A DNA stretch of 64,000 nt from Mantamonas sphyraenae STR306. Lineage: Eukaryota; Protista; CRuMs. The number at the start of each line of letters is the position of its first letter. The stretch's first letter is position 1. Position numbers and translations under genes: made by a program. The notes below the pieces were generated by a model. The model was given only the letters and a program-made list of their open reading frames with translations. It did not search any database and was not told the DNA's origin. Location of the stretch: contig JAPMXV010000033.1 of the NCBI GenBank assembly GCA_026936335.1, positions 1 to 64,000 of the forward strand, given 5' to 3'. Positions 32,348 to 44,263 of the stretch are shown one piece after another.

Positions 32348-33507
32348 TCACTCGTTCTCGTCATCCGAAATGTCGTCGTCTCCGTCAATCTCTGCGTTGG
32401 CACGCTCGAGCTCCTCCATGAGCACGGCCAGCTCCTGGTCTTCGCGCTGGGAGACGCTACGCGGGTTGACTTTAACCGTGAGTTCGCCGTTGTACTCGCC
32501 GATGACGTCACGGATCTCTTCGATGGACTTGTTGAGCACGTCGATGCCGTCCTGCTTGTCGAGGGAGGTCATGGACATGACGTAGAGGGGCGGGGCCACG
32601 AGGTGGATGCGCACGCGCTTGTCTTCGTCCTCCTCCTCGGCTGTGAGGGCTTCACCGGCCTTCAAGGCCTTCTTGATGGCGTCGATGCCTTCGTAGTGGA
32701 AGCAGGTCAGCTCAATGTCTGCGCGCATCTTGAGCGGCTGGGGCGTCATTCGGCGCTTGATGTTGGTCAGCAGCGTCGTCTTCACCTTGTCGCTGATGTC
32801 GAGGGAGCCGTCAAACACAGTGTCCGGCTCGCTGTGTGTGCAAAGAGGTGGGTGAGATTCGAGAAAGGGACAAGCGTGGGTGTGCAGAGGGCAGCGGCGA
32901 CAGGCAAATGGGCGCAGTAGAAATGCAACTCACACCAGGGCCAAACGGAAGGCTTCAAAGGCGTGGCCATATTTCTTGTACAGGGGCCATCCGACGCGCT
33001 CGTAGAGATCGAGCATAGTCGTCTCTGTGACATCTGCCACGTGGCGGATGATGCCGTGGACCTGTGGGGCGTGCAAATGGGAAGCCGGGAGGATGAGCAT
33101 TTCCGAGAAAGGGTGAACAAAGGCACTCAAGGGTGAACGGGAAGCAGCGAGGCAGACACACGCACCGTCTTGCTCTTGTTGAACTTTTCCTCGCATTTTG
33201 CAATGTCCTCTGGGGTCACGCGACGCTTGCTGAGATCGATATAGCCCTTTTCCTGGTCGACGCGCATGACGACGACACACTCTTGGCGCCCCACACGAAT
33301 CAGGCGGTTGATACTGCGGATACGCCTGCGACTAAGTTCGCTGAGCATAATCATGCCCTCCAGGTTGCCGTACTCCAGCAGGTGGACGTATGCACCCATG
33401 TTTCCGATTTGCTTCACGGTGACCATCACGACTTGGTCGACCTCTGGGAATCGCTCCTCGTACATGCGGCACGATGACGATGATGTCGATGTAGATGTCT
33501 CAGACAT
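32348..33507 (-). CDS. EIF2S1: Translation initiation factor eIF2-alpha; introns 33165-33062 and 32933-32832
   Basis: [33 protein letters not shown] (Ser51 loop), [30 protein letters not shown] and LVAPPLYV. Confidence 0.97.
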
Positions 33508-33576
33508 GGTTGTGGTGGTTTGTTTGTTGTGTCTGGGATGTATGGTTGGGGCCGACCGCGCCAGCCCGCACAGTGG

Positions 33577-34758
33577 ATGTCCTCCAGCAGCAGCAGCAAC
33601 CACAGAGAGGCTGACGAAGCTCCGTCACAGGATGGCTTGCATCCAGTGGTGTTTGTGATTGGGCCGACGGCCGCGGGCAAGTCCTCGTTGGCGCTGGCAG
33701 TGGCCGAGGAGGTCGGGGGCGAGGTGATCAACGCCGATTCGATCCAAGTGTACAAAGGACTGGACGTGGTGACCAACAAGGCAAGCAAGGAGGAGCGTGC
33801 ACGTGTCAAACACCATCTCTTGGACTACCTAGAGGCGACGGCGTCTTTGGATGTGCTGCAGTGGTGCGAAGCCGCCGAGGAAGTGATTCGCTCGCTTCAC
33901 AGGCAGGGCAAGGTGCCCGTGGTGGTGGGGGGCACTCACTACTGGATCCAATCGCTAGCTTTCCGCAACCAGCTGGTGGGTAGGACGGCAACAGGCGACG
34001 GGCAGGAAGAGGAGGACCCCGAATGGGAATCCCTTGACAACGAGGCGCTGCACGCGAAACTGGCCGAGGTGGATCCACAGGAAGCCGAAAAGATGCACCC
34101 AAACGACAGACGCAGGGTGAAGCGCAGGTTGGCGATTGCAATGCAGCATGGCATGGCTTCACAGGTGTACAAACGGCAGCGTGTTGAGAACGACGGCACT
34201 CTGAAGCTGCATGCAGGGTGGCGTTGTCTGTTTCTGCGCGTGGCATGTGCCAAATCAAAGCTGGATGTGCGCATCAACGCGCGAGTGGAGACCATGGTCG
34301 ATGCAGGGCTGCACGAGGAGGTGCAAGAGATGGGCGAGCTGCTGCAAAGTCTGGGGGACACATATCCTGTGGACTATGAACACGGAGTATGGCAATGCAT
34401 TGGATACAAGGAGATGCGAGGGTGGTTGCGTGCTCAGGGGCAGGAAGCAAAGGAGGCGGCGAGCAGGCACGGCTTGGAACGGATCAAGACCGCGACACGG
34501 CGGTACGCACGCAAGCAGGAGTCGTGGATTCGCAACCGGCTGGAGAAGCAGTGCGAGCCGTTGAAAAGATTGTACAGTACCCAAGAGTTTGACTGGATGG
34601 AAGTCCGGAGCGACGAGGAAGAATCCTGGGCTGAGGAGAAGGAAGGGGCGGTCATGCATGCGGTGGAGTGGCTGCGTATGGGTGAACAGGGAGCAAAGGG
34701 CAAGGACAAGGGTGAGGGCACGAGCAACAGCGACCAAGGAGGCACAGACGAAGCATGA
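33577..34758 (+). CDS. tRNA dimethylallyltransferase (MiaA/MOD5/TRIT1 family)
   Basis: [54 protein letters not shown] and TRRYARKQ. Confidence 0.93.
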   Translation: MSSSSSSNHREADEAPSQDGLHPVVFVIGPTAAGKSSLALAVAEEVGGEVINADSIQVYKGLDVVTNKASKEERARVKHHLLDYLEATASLDVLQWCEAAEEVIRSLHRQGKVPVVVGGTHYWIQSLAFRNQLVGRTATGDGQEEEDPEWESLDNEALHAKLAEVDPQEAEKMHPNDRRRVKRRLAIAMQHGMASQVYKRQRVENDGTLKLHAGWRCLFLRVACAKSKLDVRINARVETMVDAGLHEEVQEMGELLQSLGDTYPVDYEHGVWQCIGYKEMRGWLRAQGQEAKEAASRHGLERIKTATRRYARKQESWIRNRLEKQCEPLKRLYSTQEFDWMEVRSDEEESWAEEKEGAVMHAVEWLRMGEQGAKGKDKGEGTSNSDQGGTDEA

Positions 34759-34776
34759 GCGGCGTGGATCGACCCA

Positions 34777-34986
34777 ATGGAACGGTTGGTCATCGGCTTG
34801 GCCTTTGTGATGGCAGCAGCCACCGTTGCAGCCGTGTTGGGGTATGACATGCCGTTGTCAAGAATGGGCAAAGTGGTGGACGACGTCCCCGTGCCTCTGC
34901 GGCAGTGGGTGGGGCCTGTGTTTCGGCCAGCGGGTTCCCTTTTGGAGGCGGCCTACGTGCAGCTGCTCCGTTGGAAATTCGACTGA
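34777..34986 (+). CDS. Possible 69-aa protein with an N-terminal hydrophobic segment
   Basis: ORF fills the gap between the IPT and MRH-2 genes almost exactly and has a signal-like N-terminus. No family recognised. Confidence 0.45.
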   Translation: MERLVIGLAFVMAAATVAAVLGYDMPLSRMGKVVDDVPVPLRQWVGPVFRPAGSLLEAAYVQLLRWKFD

Positions 34987-35030
34987 TTGCATGGAACCAA
35001 AGGGAAATGAACATATTTGCTTGTGTGTGT

Positions 35031-35851
35031 CTATGCGACCGTGTCGTAGCCGCTCTTGCCCGTGTCGCGGCCGCTGATCTTGCTCCAAGTGAACGTGCAC
35101 CCGTCCTTGACCAGACCCGGGACGGTGCGCCAAAACCCAAGGTTCGGTACGCTTTCAAGCCCCATCTTGCCCTTGCGTTGGTTGTACAGGACTCCTGCGA
35201 CGCAGTACACAGTCGTGGTCTGCGGGCAGAAAGGGAAAGGTGAGCCAAAAACGAAGCACAGGACGGGCGGCAAAAAGCGCGGCGACAGAAACCTACCACA
35301 ATGATGATGAGAAGAAAGATGGAGCCGCCGCTGAGTCCACCGGGTGATTGTGGACCGGTTTTCTGCGCGCAGGCGTACTTGGTGGCCCACTGGGCGCTGT
35401 AGTGGCAGCTTCCCGTGGGCTGTTCGACAATCTCAATTGGCGCGCCGGCTTCTTTGCCGCAGGTGAAGTGGATCGACAGGGTGCGCGGGGTCTGGTTGCA
35501 CCGCTTGCCATCACCGTAGGTCACAGATATCTCGCCCTTGGCGCTGGCCTCCCACTTGACGGACGAGGCCATGGCAATGTCTGTGCAAAAGCCCTGGTCG
35601 GTGACCTGGACGGCCTGGGTGCCACTGTCGGAGCACGTGGGCGGACGCTGCACCAGCGCACCGCACAGATTGATCCAATAGTTGTAGCCCTGGGAGTCCT
35701 TAAGCTGGTATCCTGTGTCCCCGTTCTTGAGAGCAGAAAAGTCAAACTTCTGGCCATTGTATTCCAGGCCACAAGGGTCCTGGGCAGCAGCCAAGCACGC
35801 AAAGGAGACAAACAGGGCGGCTGCAAACCAGGCACGGATGTGGACGGGCAT
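35031..35851 (-). CDS. MRH-domain type I membrane protein, paralog 2; intron 35296-35220
   Basis: Signal peptide, FDFSAL, YWINLC, SVTYGDGKRC, CHYSAQWATKYAC, GLSGGSIFL TM, VPNLGFW..PGLVKDGC and a YDTV tail. Confidence 0.92.
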
Positions 35852-35923
35852 GCGGGGGAGCAGACAGGCAGAAAGTGTTGGCCGGAGCAGCGCGCGTCGC
35901 AGCACGCAAAACTGGAGGCAACA

Positions 35924-37170
35924 ATGAACAAGAACACGCTGATTTTGGCAACTTGCCTGATGCTCTGCCTGCAGCACGTGGTGGCACAGACAACCTGCGG
36001 CACGACGCGTGACGGTGTCAAGTACGACTTTTCGTCTCTGACGGACACGGGCAGCGGCTGGAGTGGCAAGGACCCCGACGACAACACCTACTTCTTCAAC
36101 GTGTGCGGCGACGTGGCCACCAAGCCCAGCACCTGCACGGACAACGGCCAGAGCTTCCAAGTGGGTACGTGAGCAGCAGAGGAGTGAGAAGGAACGAAAT
36201 CGGGCCACAGCGAGCGCTGCGCTGCGTGCACGCCGAATTTCGTCCCACGAGCCTTGCCCGATGCGCTCTCGCACGGCCAACAGGCTGCGCCGCAGTGCAG
36301 TTCGATGGCCGAGGAGCCACAACACACCCATTTGCACGCTCGCCATACTCTGTTGCGCCGCAGTCGGGCCTGCAGCCTCGGTTGCTACGGCGAGAACACG
36401 GTGCAGCAAAATGCGCGTGCACTTCAATGGCCGGCTAGAAGCCGTTTGCCGAGTGCATGCGCGAGTGTGAGGGACACACAGAGCCACTCGGTGACCTGTG
36501 GAGTCCAGCACACAGCCTGTGCATGGGTGTGGTGTGTGTATGCAGTGCAGCCAGTGGTGAAGACGGCCAGCGGGCGACTTCGGCGGCCAAGAGAGGGGAA
36601 AAAACAGATGCTGACACTGAGCGCGTGACACGTGGTGCACCGCGTCCCACAGCTCCTCCTTCGTCCTTCTGCACTGTGACCGGCAAGTCGGACCAGCCCA
36701 CCTGGTCGACGACGTCTGACAAGATCAGTGTCAAGTACGGTGGCGGCAAGGCGTGCGGTACGACCCCGCGTACGTTCAGGATCGACTTTATGTGCGACCA
36801 GAGCACCAAGGGCTCTGTTGAGCAGGTGAACGAGATCCCCACGGGATCTTGCCAGTACGACGTGGTCTTCAAGACCAAGCTGGCATGCGCCGAGAACAAC
36901 GGCGGTGGCAAGAACGGGCCCAGCGGACCCGGCGGCCTCAGCGGCGGCTGGATCTTTTTTATCATCCTGATCGTGACCACCACGGTGTACTGTGCCGCTG
37001 GTATTGCCTACAACGTCAAGCAAAAGGGTATCCCCTTTGGCAAGGAGGCTGTGCCCCAGAACGAGTTTTGGTTCTCCGAGCTGCCCAGCCTCGTCAAGGA
37101 TGGCGTCACTTTCACGGGCCAGAAGATCAAGGGTCTCAGTGGCAAGGGTGGCAACTACGAGAAGATGTGA
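35924..37170 (+). CDS. MRH-domain type I membrane protein, paralog 3; intron 36165-36652
   Basis: Signal peptide, YDFSSL, YFFNVC, SVKYGGGKAC, CQYDVVFKTKLAC, GLSGGWIFF TM, VPQNEFW..PSLVKDGV and a YEKM tail. Confidence 0.92.
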
Positions 37171-37201
37171 GCAAGAGAATGGAAAGCGTGTGTTTTGATG
37201 A

Positions 37202-40200
37202 TCAGGCATCTTCCCCCATCACGTCAACCAATTGGTCGCACAGACCTTGCAGACAGTCGTCGACGCGTGTGAGCAGGATAAACGTGCGGAACTTGAGCTT
37301 GGCTCGCTTGCGCAGGGCGTCACAGCGTGTGCATTGGTCCGACAGCGTGCGGTGGATGGCTGACAGGTACCGACCCGCTTCTTGCCCGCCATCCTGGTAG
37401 CTCTGCATCGAGTACGCCAGCATGAGGCGTGCCAGAACGGGCACAAACTGCTCTGCGAGGATGCACAGGTCCTTCACAGCTCCAGAGACCGTTTCCATGG
37501 TCTGCTTTGTGCGCTGCGTATGCTTCAGCCGCTCCTCAATGCTCTGGAAGTAGGATGTGTCCATCAGCCGTTCCAGGAGCATGGTGTTTTCCAACAGCAG
37601 CAGCAGATGCTGCATGACCGTGCACAGGGTGCCCAACACCCAGTCCACCGTTTGGCATTCACAGTGGCAAAATGGTTGTCAAAGAAAATCAGCGGATCGC
37701 CCATCAGCAATCGGCGGTAGAGCATCTTTTCAAACGCGCGTGCGTTCCATGCGTCGCCCACATTCTCCTGTTCCTTTTGCTGTGCACTGTTGCTGGCGTC
37801 AAAGGGCACACCCATGTTGAATTCGGCCTCCACGACCTTATTCTCGGTAATCAGCTCCCGGCGGTCCAGCCGCACGCCGCTGCCCACGATACCGTGGACA
37901 CGCGAGGGGAGACTCGTTGAGTGGAGTAGTGTTCCGATGCCCAGCGGATCGTTGTGTGATCCCTTGGCACGCAGCAGCTTCGCAAAAACACCCACGAATC
38001 CACTCTGGGCTTCCATCACGAGCTGCGTGTCCACTTCCGATCGGTAAAAGATCAGCTTAATGCGCTCTTCGATGCTTTTGAACACTGTATCGTCGTCAGG
38101 TGCCTTCTCTACGGCCTCTTTGTGCTTGAGGTAGTGGTGAAACGTGTTGTGTTCCTGCGTGTCGCCTTCTTGCCCAGCAGTGTCTTTGCCCTTTCCTGCC
38201 TCTTCCGTGTCTCCTGCCTCTTCCGTGTCTCCTGCCTCTTCCGTGTCTCCCGCATCTGTGCTGTTGCCTTCTTCGCCATCGCCAAGGCCTGTGAGGACGA
38301 GATTGACCAGATTGGCTTCGTCCACCATCTTCCATCCGTCGCTGGCCTTGACGTCGAACCCCTTGACGAAAAAGTCGGACGGATGTGTGCCTCGGAAGGG
38401 ATCACGCTTGCTGCGAGTGCGTGTACTGGACGCTCGCTCGGCCAGGGCTTTGGCTTCCGCTGTGCGGCCCTCTCGCAGGGCCTTTTCCAGCTCCTCCTCC
38501 GCCTGCATGACGGAAAGCTGGCTGTGGCCGCCCAACAGCTGCTCTACGTCACGAAGCAGCGGTTCGATGATCCCGCTGCGTTCCAAGGCGTCAATGGAGG
38601 CGCGGACACGCTTCTGGACGCTCGCGCGAACACACACATGGTTCTCGTGTGCACAGCGACACAGGGTGATCATGGCGGTGGACAGCAGCTGAATTTGCCA
38701 CTCTAGGTAGAGAATCATTTTGCAGATGGCACCGAGAGTCTGCTTGTGTGTGGACGGGATCTGCTTCACTGGCAACCGCATGGACTGCATCAGCGGGCGC
38801 TGTTGCTTGATGTGACACACAAACAGAAAGGACAGCATAGAAAAGGGCATCGAGAGATGGCCCATGTGGATGGGAGTGGTGCCGTGCTCAAGCAGATCGC
38901 CGCCGTAGCCTCGGCCGTTCGGATCAAACAGCGTTTGCAGTGAGCGCAGGCAAAGCAGCTCGAGGCGATCGATGGAGATGCGATCGTGTTCAGCCGCATG
39001 AATGCGCTGTTCTGTGGTCATGCCAGAGGTTTCGTAGACGTAGCGGCGAGCGGCAAAGTAGGTGGCACGCGTCTTTTTGGGCGCCCCGTTGTTGCCGCCC
39101 TCGTTTCGTCCGCCACGGCTCTTGTTGGACTCGCAGTACAGGTCTTTTTCCATTTTGAGGACCTTCATGGCGTGTGAAAAGGCACTGGACCAGTTTGCGT
39201 CGTCGCAGCGCAGGAAGGAGTGCATGAGCATGGCGTGGATGTCTTCGTGGATGATCCCCACTGCGGTTCGTTTGTAGTCCGCCTCCTCGAGCTGGCCCAG
39301 CACGTACTCCAGCGTTTTGGCAAGGCGGAGGAGCAGAGATCGAGTGACGGTGACAACGTTGAGCTCGACCACAGCCAAATGTTGGGCGAGCCTGGGATTC
39401 TGCATGATCTGGGACAGGACGTTGGCCAGGTATTGCTTGCACGCGACGAGGTGTGGCAGGTAGAGACTGACGGCGTCCACGTCGTAGTCGCAGTGGACGT
39501 TGTGCAGTTCCTCCACATGCTCAAACATCTCCTGAGCCATCTCAAAAGACAACAGGCTCTGGCGCACGAGTTCGAGGCACAGGAAGCGCTGGGACAGCGA
39601 CCCGACGCATTGGATCCAGCAGATGTGGCCAAAGGTATACCAGGATTTGGCCACGTCGAAGCAGCGTGTGGTGACCTCCTTCTCAGACACCATGCCCTGC
39701 AAAAGATGGCGCTGGGTGTCGTGGTCGGCTTTGTACAGGTATTCCTGATGTGGAATGACGCGCCTGACGGTGGTGGGCACAGCCTGACCCATGAATGTGT
39801 GGGACACGGTGCTGTGATCAGACGAAGTGGACGAGACGGTGGAGAGGGCAGCGGCGAGCAACGGGTCCTTCAGATGGCTTCCATGGTCAGCAGAGTCGCT
39901 GTCCACGTCGTCAGCCTCTGTGTCTGCACCCGTGTCGCCCAAGCGCATGGACTGGGCCTCTGCGGCGAGGAGATCCACGTCGCACTGCTTGCAGTAGGCG
40001 AGAAGGGCTCGTGTGTACTGCAGGTGGTCAAGGATGGTTTCCCGGTCGAGGATGTCTTTGGCTGTGCGCTCGTCGCCTGTGCTCTCTTGATTGTGGAGCA
40101 CGCTGTCCATAAAGCCGCCTATGCCCGACAGGATGTCGTTTGCGTCGTCCTGGCTCTTGAGGCCAAAGAGAGTTGCCCACGAGCCCAGGCGCACGCGGAT

Positions 40201-41211
40201 GCTCTCACGAGCCAGCTGGAAGGCCACGAGCCAATGAGCACGGTCGACGTCGTCCTGGTAGGCGGCAAGCTTGCTGAGCTGGGGCAGAGGCGACTCGAGG
40301 CCAGCATGTAGATGGTCCATGGTGGCAAAGAGGCCAATGGGGAAGCTGGACTCTTTCTTCCGCATGCTGGAGGTCGTGAAAACGGATCGATCGGCTGCAC
40401 TGAGCCATTCGTCGCTCAGCAGAGGATCTGGTTGCAGGAAGTTGGAGAAGGAGTCACGGATGAGAGAGGCGACGTCGATGTGGAAGCGGCGCACAAGGAA
40501 GGAGGCAGGTATTGGGTTGCTTGAAGATGAGGATGAGGATGACGAAGAAGATGACGCTAGTTGTGTGCGCACAGACTGGCTGGCAAACATGCCGCTGGTC
40601 CTTCCGTCGAGCGAGTCGAGTTGTTCGTCGAGGAGCTTTTCCTCGTTGCTTTCCGGAAGCATGGCGACGTGTGCATAGGCAAAGGCAAGCTGTTGAAAGG
40701 CAACACAGATGTACTCTTCAAGAGCGACGATGCTTTCATCAAGGTGGATGGAGGTCGGGTTCGTTGCGGTGCCCGCCGACGACGTGCTCTCTTCGAGGCG
40801 AGCCAGCTCGTCCTGCAGCTGCTGGGAGTGCCATTCATCGGTGGCTGCACGTTTGGCAATGTGAACTCGGACAGACAGGGCGTGGGAGAGCTTTCTGTGG
40901 AAGGGGCGAAACGGGAACCGTTAGCGTGGGTTTGAACAATGGCGCCAACGGACTGGAACGGGCACGTACTCGATGCCCCGTAGGATGGTGCGGCTCGAAA
41001 AGTGTTCTCGGCCCTGTTCAATGAGATATCCGCCGAGTTTTTCCAGTTGCAGGCATAGTTTGAGGGAGAAGGAGCTGGCAAGGATGGCGTCGTCGTCGAG
41101 CAGGAGTTGGTCTGCAGAAATGGCGTCGACGTCTGGCAGAGCCAGCAAAGATTCTGCCGGGCGGAGAGGGGGTGCGTACAGAGCGACGTCGTCGTCGTCG
41201 GAAGAGTCCAT
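37202..41211 (-). CDS. Large (about 1300 aa) mostly helical protein of unknown function; intron 40969-40895; apparent frameshift near 37652
   Basis: Exon 41211-40970 splices in frame to the long ORF. The last 148 codons are in another frame. Contains a GDTEEA x3 repeat near 38195-38250. No family recognised. Confidence 0.72.
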
Positions 41212-41287
41212 TTTCGGCAGGAAGTGTGTACAAAACAAAATTGGCCCGGGAACCGCAGCTCATTCTTTCTCCTCTTCCCACTCCGCA

Positions 41288-42834
41288 TCACACCTCACGC
41301 AGCAGCTGATACGCCACACGCCGTCCACTGATCCACGCACCATGCACCGTGCCCACGTACTGCTCGCTCGTATGCTCTCCGCAGAAAAACAGAGAGTCGT
41401 TGATGGAGCCCAGGAACGCGTGGAACCAATCCGGGTTGCCACTCACTGTCAACGACGTCAGAGCACCACGATACAATGGATTGCTCTTTTCAAAGTACGA
41501 CCGTCGCATCTCCACAGGCTCCGGGATGTCGGAGCCGTAGATCCGTCGCAACACTTCCATGATGTCTGCCACTATCTCCGTCTCCGCCATGCCGTCCAAC
41601 TTGTGCACATATGGTTCGCCCACATGCGCCACCAACACCGGTTCTCCGTTGGTGCCCACATGGTTGATAAACATCGGCCATCGCGACCGCTCTTTGCTCA
41701 CGTAGCCCAGCAGGCATGCGTTTGCCCACGGATAGTCCCGGCAGTCGTTCGTATTGCGAAATTGTGCTCGGGATGTCTTTGAGCCCCTCTCTTGCCAAAA
41801 CGCGTGTGGAAAACGAAGGGCCACGTTTGCTTGCTGTCCGAACCGCAGATTCTGCACCGCCGTATTCACGTAACCTGGCAGCTTCGGTGAAAATTCGATG
41901 CCCTGTGCTTTAAGCACACCGAGGGGCACCGCAACGACCACGTAATCGGCGTACAAAACCTCACCGTGCCGTGTCGTCACCCTCGCTAGATCGTCCCCAA
42001 GCTCAGTTGCCGTGTCCACGCGCACCACCTCTTGATTCAGCCGCACGTCCAACCCTTCCGCAATGTGGTCCACCATTTGCCTGTAGCCTCGCGGAAATAC
42101 CACGTCGAAGCCTTTGAAGCGCCCGTCGTTGTCCCAAAGGAAGGTCGACATCTCCTGTCCCACCGTCCCATATTCCAGTTCAAATTCGTTTGCCAGGTGC
42201 CACCAGAAGCGCTCCTTGGTCATGTTCATCTTATACCGGAGCAAATCCTCCTCAAACGGGGTATCCTGTGACGCAGAAGCTCGCCGTAGGATGCTTGCCT
42301 TTTCCGCCCTCTTAAACTCTTGGAACGTCCGCTCAATGTCATTGCAGTCCACCAGACCACCCGAATCGTCATAAACCACCTGGAAATCATAGTTGAACGG
42401 CCTCGTTTCGATCCCTGCTCTTCGTGCAAGGTCAAACAAGGGATTGTCGTTCATGTTGTGGATCCACGTTGCGCCCACATCCACCCGCTTCCCGTTGCTC
42501 CACTCGGTGGTGTTGATTCGCCCACCCAGACTGTGTCCACAGGAATACGTCGCCCGTTGACTGTGTGTCAGCAGTGCAGTGTTGGCGCACGCAGCACCCT
42601 CCAAAAAGCTTACCGGTCCGAAGCTTCCAGCACCACCACTTTGCCAACACCCGCTCGCTGCAGCGACGCCGCTGCCGTAACGCCCGAGATCCCACCTCCC
42701 ACCACAACCACCCGGACGTTTCGCAGCACCATGGCCCTGTGATGCCGCACCAGCACGGGGATGAAGTTGACCACAACCAGCCCCAGTGCAAGCATCACCA
42801 GCATCATCATCACCATTCGTCTACGCCTACCCAT
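41288..42834 (-). CDS. Flavin-containing amine oxidase (polyamine oxidase-like) with N-terminal signal/anchor; intron 42613-42531
   Basis: VVVVGGGISGVTAA..VVVLEASDRLGGRI, DVGATWIH, ADYVVVAVPLGVLK and FFCGEHT..GTVHGAWISG. Confidence 0.92.
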
Positions 42835-42977
42835 CGTCACAAAGAGTCTCTGGACACAGAAGGACACTCACAGACGTCCTTTCTCCTCCTTGTCGACGGC
42901 GTGTTGGTTGGTCGACACCGCGCCAACGCAGCCATTCCATTCAACACCTGCACCCCACTCACCATCCATCCGCGCAC

Positions 42978-43553
42978 ATGTTCATCGTCGAGTTCTTCAA
43001 CCTTCTCGTCGATAGCGTCATGTCCTGGCTCGGCCTGGTCACCAAAGAGTGCACCATTGTCTTTGTGGGCTTGGACAACGCCGGCAAATCCACGCTGATG
43101 CAGCAGCTGAAAAAGCAGTCCCACGCCACGGTGCAGCCCACACAGCGCGCGCAAATGGACGAGGTCGTCCTGAACAACATCACCTTCCGCGCGTGGGACC
43201 TTGGCGGCCACGACTCCTGGCGTTCCGTCTGGGCCGATTTCTACGAGCAGGCCGATGCCGTCCTCTTCATGGTCGACGCAGCAGACACCCTTCGCATCGA
43301 AGAGGCCCGCGAGGAGCTCGAGCTCCTTCTCGAGGACGATGAGCTCCTTGGCGCTCCGGTCCTCATTCTGGGCAACAAAATTGACCTCGACAACGCCATG
43401 GACGAGGCCACCCTTCAGCAAATGCTCGGCTTGGACAACCTCTCCTCCAAGAGTGCCGACCGACCCCTGCGCCTCTTTCGTACGTCCGTCACCAATGGCC
43501 AGGGCTACTCCGAAGCCTTTGAATGGCTTGCCGAAGAGCTCCTGAAGCTCTGA
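42978..43553 (+). CDS. Sar1-related small GTPase (divergent)
   Basis: Amphipathic N-terminus with no myristoylation Gly2, GLDNAGKST, DLGGH (Sar-type His), GNKID and GYSEAFEWL. Confidence 0.9.
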   Translation: MFIVEFFNLLVDSVMSWLGLVTKECTIVFVGLDNAGKSTLMQQLKKQSHATVQPTQRAQMDEVVLNNITFRAWDLGGHDSWRSVWADFYEQADAVLFMVDAADTLRIEEAREELELLLEDDELLGAPVLILGNKIDLDNAMDEATLQQMLGLDNLSSKSADRPLRLFRTSVTNGQGYSEAFEWLAEELLKL

Positions 43554-43694
43554 AACTGAGCCCACCGTCGCTTTCCACAATGTACGTCCATCACCCATTG
43601 CCTATTTCCGTCTCCGCACCATCTTCCAACACGGCAACAAAGCCAGCCCGTTGCCCTGTTCCTGTTCCTGCGACGATCGAACCAACCGCTGTCC

Positions 43695-44060
43695 ATGTTC
43701 GCTCGCACAACCTCCAGGGCATCCCACGTGGCCAACATGTGCTTGGTATCGCCCAGTTCACGTGTGGCTTCACTTCACTCCACCACACGACTTGCCGGAG
43801 GCGCCGCCGGTGACAACGACGTGGTCGCCGACTCCGCTGCACAGGAAGGCGACGTGCTTCCAGTCAACATCTACGAAAATGGAAAGGATCCTGTGGTTGC
43901 CGCGGACGACCAGTACCCTGACTGGCTCGAAGACATCTACGAGGAGGTGAGGCTGGGCAAGATTGCCAAGCGCGAGTTCAGCATGCAGGACAAACGCTTT
44001 TGGCAGCAGAGCAACAAGCGCGACATCAAGCGCCTCAACTCCCTCCGCTCCAAAAAGTGA
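43695..44060 (+). CDS. MRPL54: Mitochondrial ribosomal protein mL54
   Basis: Arg/Ser-rich presequence, then VNIYENGKDP..DDQYPDWL and the basic C-terminal helix KRFWQQSNKRDIKRLN. Confidence 0.82.
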   Translation: MFARTTSRASHVANMCLVSPSSRVASLHSTTRLAGGAAGDNDVVADSAAQEGDVLPVNIYENGKDPVVAADDQYPDWLEDIYEEVRLGKIAKREFSMQDKRFWQQSNKRDIKRLNSLRSKK

Positions 44061-44263
44061 CGGCCAAGCCTGTCCACTGCCTTGTCTGCTCCCACTGGCA
44101 TGCATTCTACGTTTGCGCGGGGTCGGACTTCCGCTCGCCGCCCACACCCACCCACACATCCACACACACCTGCACCGGCATTTTTGGTGCGCACAATCTC
44201 TGCAACGATGCCACCTGGTCATCCAATGGGAGTCGAGCGTTGTCCAATGCGTGAAATCAGCCA

